In this document: positions 59,069 to 64,000 of the stretch, one piece after another | Position numbering within the stretch: the stretch's first letter is position 1 | How the letters are laid out: each line of letters opens with the position of its first letter | Origin: Terriglobales bacterium | GTDB taxonomy: Bacteria; Acidobacteriota; Terriglobia; Terriglobales; Acidobacteriaceae | Direction: 5' to 3' | Length of the DNA: 64,000 bases | Assembly: GCA_035319065.1 (NCBI GenBank) | Contig: DATHDM010000316.1 | Location: 1,050 to 65,049 of the forward strand | Made by a program: the position numbers and the translations under genes | Notes under the pieces: generated by a model | The model's database searches: none | Told to the model about the DNA's origin: nothing | Seen by the model: only the letters and a program-made list of their open reading frames with translations

Positions 59069-60247
59069 GTGAACGTGAGCCCGCGGGCGGCGGCGCGCCT
59101 GCGCCACGGCCACGTCTGGGTCTATCGCTCAGACCTCGCCGCCTCGAGCCCTCTTCCCCCCGGATCCGTTGTCGAGGTGGCGGACGAAGCCGGAAATGTC
59201 ATTGGGTCCGCGTTCTACAGCAGCTCTTCGCAGATTGCGCTCCGCATCATCTGGAGCGGGGGCCAGCCCGCTCCGGACCCCTCTTCCCTGGTTGAAGAGC
59301 GCGTGCGCGCAGCCGTAGGCCTGCGCCAAACTCTGGTAAGCAATTCCAATGCCTACCGCCTTGTTTTTGGCGAAGCCGATCAGCTGCCGGGAATCATCGC
59401 CGATCGCTACAACGATGTCTTGACCGTGCAGTTTCTGACCCAAGGCACAGATCGTGATGCGATACGAAATGCCGTCGTCCGCACCCTGGCCGACGAACTG
59501 AAGCCTGCGGCCATTGTGGAGCGCGTCGACGGGCGAATCCGCGAGCTTGAGCATCTGCCTCCGCGCCAATCCGGGATGCTTCTGGGTGAAACCAGCGCCA
59601 CCATTATCCAGATGAATGGCATCCAGTTTCACTACGACGGCATGCAGGGCCAGAAGACCGGGGCCTTTCTCGACCAACGTGAAAACTACGCTGCTGCCGG
59701 CCGATACGCGCAGGGTGAGGCCCTGGATGTGTTCACCTATCAGGGAGGTTTTGCCCTTCACCTCGCCCCTCGTTGTGCGAAGGTCACGGCCGTCGATAGC
59801 TCGCGTCCGGCGCTGGAAGCCGCAGAGCGCAACGAGCAACTGAACCGCTCAACCGGTGACCGTCCCGAGATCGAATGGATTGAGGGGAATGCGTTTGATC
59901 TGCTGAAGGACTATGCCACATCGCGAATGCAGTACGACACCATCGTGCTCGACCCCCCCGCCTTCGCCAAAACCCGGCGCGACCTGCCCAACGCATTACG
60001 CGGCTACAAGGAGCTGAATCTTCGCGCCATGAAGATGCTGCGTTCGGGCGGAATTCTTGTGACCTGCACCTGCTCCCACCACGTGCCAGAGCACGATTTT
60101 CTGGAAGTGCTGCGGTCGGCCGCCGCCGATGCTCGCCGCTCCCCCCGCATTCTCGAGAAACGCGGCCAGGCCAAGGACCATCCGGTTCTGCTCGCGGTTC
60201 CCGAAACCAGCTACCTGAAGTGCCTCATCCTGCAATTCACCGCCTGA
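59069..60247 (+). CDS. rlmI: 23S rRNA (cytosine-C5)-methyltransferase RlmI-like (PUA plus class I MTase)
   Basis: N-terminal RLRHGHVWVYRSDL (PUA-like), SAM-binding fold and VLDPPAFAK motif IV. Confidence 0.8.
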   Translation: MNVSPRAAARLRHGHVWVYRSDLAASSPLPPGSVVEVADEAGNVIGSAFYSSSSQIALRIIWSGGQPAPDPSSLVEERVRAAVGLRQTLVSNSNAYRLVFGEADQLPGIIADRYNDVLTVQFLTQGTDRDAIRNAVVRTLADELKPAAIVERVDGRIRELEHLPPRQSGMLLGETSATIIQMNGIQFHYDGMQGQKTGAFLDQRENYAAAGRYAQGEALDVFTYQGGFALHLAPRCAKVTAVDSSRPALEAAERNEQLNRSTGDRPEIEWIEGNAFDLLKDYATSRMQYDTIVLDPPAFAKTRRDLPNALRGYKELNLRAMKMLRSGGILVTCTCSHHVPEHDFLEVLRSAAADARRSPRILEKRGQAKDHPVLLAVPETSYLKCLILQFTA

Positions 60248-60336
60248 GCGCGGCATGGGGGACGGGTGCGGCGCGGCTGAAGCTGCGCGCTATCAAGCGC
60301 ATCCGATGGGGCGTGGGCCAACAAGCCAGGCAACGA

Positions 60337-60867
60337 TCAGTCCCAGCCCATCCGCTGCCTTAGGCCGGTGATGTGGGCGACGTGATGGCGCCCGTGCCAG
60401 GCATAGAGCGCCAGCAGATAGTCGAGGTCAATGGTTCCAATCTCAGGATGGACGAGGGGACGGCGCCATTGCTCGGGAGTCATCGATCGCAACAGCAGAA
60501 CCCAGCGGTGGTGAAGGGCGTCCATGAGGTTGAGGGAAACCTCGACGGGGGCGGACGTGGCGTCAGTCAATTCGGCCCAAAGCTTCTCATCGTAGGTGCG
60601 GATGCTTGGCTGGTTCTCGGTGAGAGCCAGGCGAAAGCGAGTGTAGCTGTTGAGGTGGCTGTCAGGAACGTGATGGACGACCTGGCGCACGGTCCAGCCT
60701 CCGGGGCGGTAGGGCGTGTCGAGTTGCGCTTCACTGAGGCCGGAAACGGCGGAGCGCAGCTTCGCGGGTGCAGCTCCTATTTGTTGAATGCAATCCAGGC
60801 GCTGCTGATCGTTGAGCGGCCCGGCGTAAGCAAACTTGCCGACCGGGAAACGAAGATCTTCTGCCAT
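60337..60867 (-). CDS. DinB/YfiT-family metal-dependent (thiol-)transferase-like protein
   Basis: FPVGKF..., HHVPDSHLNSY and WHGRHHVAHI, the YfiT-type His triad. Confidence 0.8.
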   Translation of the reverse strand: MAEDLRFPVGKFAYAGPLNDQQRLDCIQQIGAAPAKLRSAVSGLSEAQLDTPYRPGGWTVRQVVHHVPDSHLNSYTRFRLALTENQPSIRTYDEKLWAELTDATSAPVEVSLNLMDALHHRWVLLLRSMTPEQWRRPLVHPEIGTIDLDYLLALYAWHGRHHVAHITGLRQRMGWD

Positions 60868-61161
60868 GGAACCTCCGGAAGACGGTCAACTGGGGGCGCA
60901 GCTATGAATTTTGGCGACGCGCACCTGCTGTCTTTTAACCGGGGCGCCAAGAATCGCCCACAAGCAGGTCGTAAATTCCTTCCATCTATTGCGCCGGCCC
61001 GTCGCGCCTTCTAGAATACCGCACTCTAATCATGGGCGGCTTTGACAGCCGCCAGCCACGAAACCAGCCCTGTTTCCCGATCACTTGTGTTTCCCAGCCT
61101 CCCCCGGGGCAGAGGCTCCCAAACTTCCATGGGGCCAGCGACAAGTCACGATCGCCTGAGG

Positions 61162-62265
61162 CTACTCGTACGCGAGGGCTTCGATGGGGTCCTTCTGGGC
61201 GGCCTTGAATGCCGGGTAGAGCGCCCCCAAGATCGCGCCGACGATAGCAATGGCCACCGCGTAGCTGATCCAGCGCGGGTCGATCTGGATGGGCAAGGTG
61301 GGGAACCTGGTGGCGATGCCGCTGCGCGCGATAAAACTCAGAGCGATGCCGAGCAGGGTTCCGGCAACGGAGAGCAACAACGTCTCCCGAAGAACCACAT
61401 TCATGATGTAGAGCTTGGAAGCTCCCATGGACTTGAGAATCCCGATTTCCCGGGTGCGTTCCATGACCGCGGTGTACATCGCCTGAAAGATCACGATGAA
61501 GCCGATGATGACGGCTACCGCGATCACCACCGTGATGAACTGGGAGAGGCCCGGGAGGTTCCCCGGGGTCATCATGCTCAGGTATTCCTGCATGGAGCGC
61601 ACGACGTAAGACTGCATGCCGGGGATGCCGCGGATCTCCTGTGACACCAAGGCCGTATTGGCGGGATCATCGAGCTTGATATAGAAGATCGAGGCCTTTC
61701 CCTGTGCGCCAATCAGATTCTGCAGCGTGCCGAGGGGGAGGAACTTGCGCGCGCCTTTGCCGTGCTCCACGATTCCGGAGACCAGAAAGGGGTTGTTAAG
61801 GACCTCGATGGTGGAGCCTACCTTGATGTTCTTCCCGCTGGCATAGACGTCGTCGACGATCGCATCGTTCGCATTCTGAAAGGGACCGCCCGACAGGAAC
61901 TTGAAGGGGCCACCCAACTGCTGGAAGGAGTTGAGGTCGATGCCGTAGACGACCTCAACCGCTCCCGAGGTAGTGATCTGGGTAATCACCGGGGCTACAA
62001 CCTTGACGTGGGGAAGCTGGCGAAGCATGTCGGCGACCTTGATAGGCGCTGGAGCGCCAGTGATCCCCTGCAGGAACGAGGAGCCCGGGGGCTGCACCAT
62101 GAGGTCGGCGCCGATGCCCTGCTGGCGGGTCTTGGAGTCGTTCAGCATGCCCAGGGAGAGGCCCACGATCAGCAGGATGAGAGTTACCTCGACGGCGATG
62201 GCCACAATGCTGATCAGCGAGCGCATGGGCCGGTGCACCAGGTTGGCGAGAATCATGCGATTCAT
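61162..62265 (-). CDS. ABC transporter permease, FtsX/MacB/LolCE type
   Basis: N-terminal TM (LISIVAIAVEVTLILLIV), a large periplasmic domain and a C-terminal FtsX domain (REIGILKSMGASK...). Confidence 0.85.
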   Translation of the reverse strand: MNRMILANLVHRPMRSLISIVAIAVEVTLILLIVGLSLGMLNDSKTRQQGIGADLMVQPPGSSFLQGITGAPAPIKVADMLRQLPHVKVVAPVITQITTSGAVEVVYGIDLNSFQQLGGPFKFLSGGPFQNANDAIVDDVYASGKNIKVGSTIEVLNNPFLVSGIVEHGKGARKFLPLGTLQNLIGAQGKASIFYIKLDDPANTALVSQEIRGIPGMQSYVVRSMQEYLSMMTPGNLPGLSQFITVVIAVAVIIGFIVIFQAMYTAVMERTREIGILKSMGASKLYIMNVVLRETLLLSVAGTLLGIALSFIARSGIATRFPTLPIQIDPRWISYAVAIAIVGAILGALYPAFKAAQKDPIEALAYE

Positions 62266-62295
62266 CGATTATCGAGTCTATCAGGCGGCCAGGGA

Positions 62296-63231
62296 CTAGC
62301 GGCGCTTGTCGCCGTTGCCGCCGGACTGGAGGGAACTGGAGGTGGCAGAAGACGGGCCCAGGGTGACCAACTGAGAGCCGGCAGGCTGGTTGAGCACAAA
62401 CTGATCGTCGCTAAGGGGCTCGTTCAGGGTGAGCTTAACCACGGTGATGCCGACGGAATACTCCTCCTGAGGCCGCCAGATATCGATGTCGTAAGGGAAT
62501 TGCACGCCGTTGACGTCTTTGAACTGGTTATAACGCACATCGGTGGCGATCCAGCCATTGCGGTCGTAAATGAACTGGCGGTAGGGAAGCAGGTCAGCCC
62601 GGCTGAAGATGATCTTGCGGGCCAGGTACCAGCCCTTGTCGCCGCGGACGATGATGTCCACGAGATACTCCGCTTCTTGAACCTGCTTCTTGCTCTTCGG
62701 CTGAGGTACCAGCTCGGTGGCGTTCTCAAGCACGGCAATCTCGTTTTGCGGATTGGGGGGACGGAGAAGCAGGGCGTCGTGGATCACCTGGGGCCGCAGG
62801 TTCTCAAGGGCATTGGGCGAGGGCTGGGTAATCTCGTTCGAGCCGACGACAAACTTGTTCTTGGCGGGGATGGAGAGCTTGAAGCTGGAGCCGTCGCTGA
62901 CCATGTCGAAGGCGCGGTTGCGTACGATGGGAAACAGCCCGATCATGCGCAGCATCTGGGGATTACGCACCAGGACATAGCCGCGAATCTGCTGGTACTC
63001 GGTGATTTTGCCCTTGGTGGAGCCGCCAACCGAGGTGTCGATATCGACGGTCGCGTTGAGGGTGTGCATGGCCGCCGCCTGACGATTCAGGAACTGCAGC
63101 AGTTCATCGAGCGTGGCGGTTTTGGCGGAAGCCGAGGTTACCTGCGGGATGCGGCGCGACCGGAAGAGGCAACCAGTCGAGGAGAGGGTAAGCAAGAGCA
63201 GGGCGACGATAGAGAAGCGGCGCAACATCAT
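62296..63231 (-). CDS. LolB/DUF4292-like lipoprotein
   Basis: Lipobox LSSTGC, then TLDELLQFLNRQAAAMHTLNATVDID...GYVLVRNPQMLRM, resembling DUF4292 / lipoprotein-localisation fold proteins. ATG at 63231 inside the track ORF. Confidence 0.6.
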   Translation of the reverse strand: MMLRRFSIVALLLLTLSSTGCLFRSRRIPQVTSASAKTATLDELLQFLNRQAAAMHTLNATVDIDTSVGGSTKGKITEYQQIRGYVLVRNPQMLRMIGLFPIVRNRAFDMVSDGSSFKLSIPAKNKFVVGSNEITQPSPNALENLRPQVIHDALLLRPPNPQNEIAVLENATELVPQPKSKKQVQEAEYLVDIIVRGDKGWYLARKIIFSRADLLPYRQFIYDRNGWIATDVRYNQFKDVNGVQFPYDIDIWRPQEEYSVGITVVKLTLNEPLSDDQFVLNQPAGSQLVTLGPSSATSSSLQSGGNGDKRR

Positions 63232-63335
63232 TCCTGGGGTGACCTGACTTTCAGTATATCGCCTGCCAAGCCAGCCGTGCCTGGTCAATTCTCAAGATGC
63301 AGGGCACACCTGGAGGCTTCAATTCAGCCACGGAA

Positions 63336-64000
63336 TCATGGCGCAGAGGTGTGGCGGATTCGGCTGGTGTGAATCTGGGGCGAAGGCGGTGCTTCCACCC
63401 GGGATCGGCGGTAGGCGCTGACGTTGCGGGAGTGCTCCTCCAAGGTGCGGGCAAAGCGGTGATGGCCGTTGCCGTCGCTGACGAAGTAGAGATAATCGGA
63501 GACTGCCGGGTGCATGGCGGCCTGAAGCGAAGCGCGGCCGGGATTAGCGATCGGTCCCGGAGGCAGGCCGAGGAATTTGTAGGTGTTGTAGGGCGACTCG
63601 GACTGCAGATCCGACTGGTGGATGGTCCCGGTATAGCGATGTTGCAGCTCGGCGGCATAGATGACGGTGGGATCGGCGTCCAGGGCCATCCCACGGTTCA
63701 ACCGATTCTGATAGACGCTGGCGACGAGCTGCCTCTCTTCAGGGACAGCCGTCTCTTTTTCGACAATGGCGGCGAGGGTGACGATGCGATGCACGTCCTG
63801 GGTCAGGGACAGGGAGCGGGCCTCCTGGCGAAAGCGTCGCACCATGGAAGCCACAATGTCCGGCATGGTCTGGGTGCGGGTGAAACCGTAGGTGTCGGGG
63901 AAGAGATAGCCTTCAAGCGACTGCGCCTGAGGATCGAACTCGCTCATCAAGGAGACCTGGGCGCGGGCCGAATCGAGGAACTCCTGCTTCGTGCCTAACC
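63336..64000 (-). CDS. mltG: Endolytic murein transglycosylase MltG (YceG), with the 5' end beyond the window
   Basis: LEGYLFPDTYGF, AAIVEKET and YNTYKFLGLPPGPIANPG. The reading frame stays open to position 64000. Confidence 0.85.
   Translation of the reverse strand, partial: LGTKQEFLDSARAQVSLMSEFDPQAQSLEGYLFPDTYGFTRTQTMPDIVASMVRRFRQEARSLSLTQDVHRIVTLAAIVEKETAVPEERQLVASVYQNRLNRGMALDADPTVIYAAELQHRYTGTIHQSDLQSESPYNTYKFLGLPPGPIANPGRASLQAAMHPAVSDYLYFVSDGNGHHRFARTLEEHSRNVSAYRRSRVEAPPSPQIHTSRIRHTSAP

Overview
This is a high-GC, gene-dense bacterial chromosomal segment. I call about 62 protein genes. I found no rRNA, tRNA, transposase, integrase or phage genes, and no CRISPR array. Most of it is housekeeping: a CBS protein, hslV and hslU, hsp20-clpB, prfA and prmC, rsmI, hemA, the conserved translation block rplM-rpsI-rpsB-tsf-pyrH-frr, a molybdopterin oxidoreductase, asnA, proC, add, maf, a DPP-IV-type S9 peptidase, rlmI and mltG (cut by the window end). 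Between these are many secreted, lipoprotein or TPR proteins of unknown function (DUF4136-, DUF4382-, DUF4397-, SYLF-, LolA/LolB-like). The composition and this family mix remind me of an Acidobacteriota-like soil bacterium, but I cannot verify that without a search. All family names come from motif recognition by eye, not from database hits.

I see no recognisable defence island or mobile element. The least explained loci are:
1. A tandem pair of about 70% identical secreted 8-cysteine proteins that I cannot place in any family (38505-39992).
2. A 766-bp AT-richer intergenic island with an orphan plus-strand intrinsic terminator, implying an unannotated sRNA or micropeptide transcript (17755-18520).
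3. An hslV gene with a 24-residue extension before the catalytic Thr, separated from hslU by an inserted DUF3052-like gene.
4. An orphan radical-SAM enzyme with a SPASM/twitch-like Cys-rich C-terminus and no visible substrate gene (45375-46397).
5. An orphan OppF/DppF-type ABC ATPase behind a leader with tandem hairpin repeats.

Many ORFs in the supplied track are long antisense or out-of-frame ORFs typical of high-GC DNA, and I rejected them.
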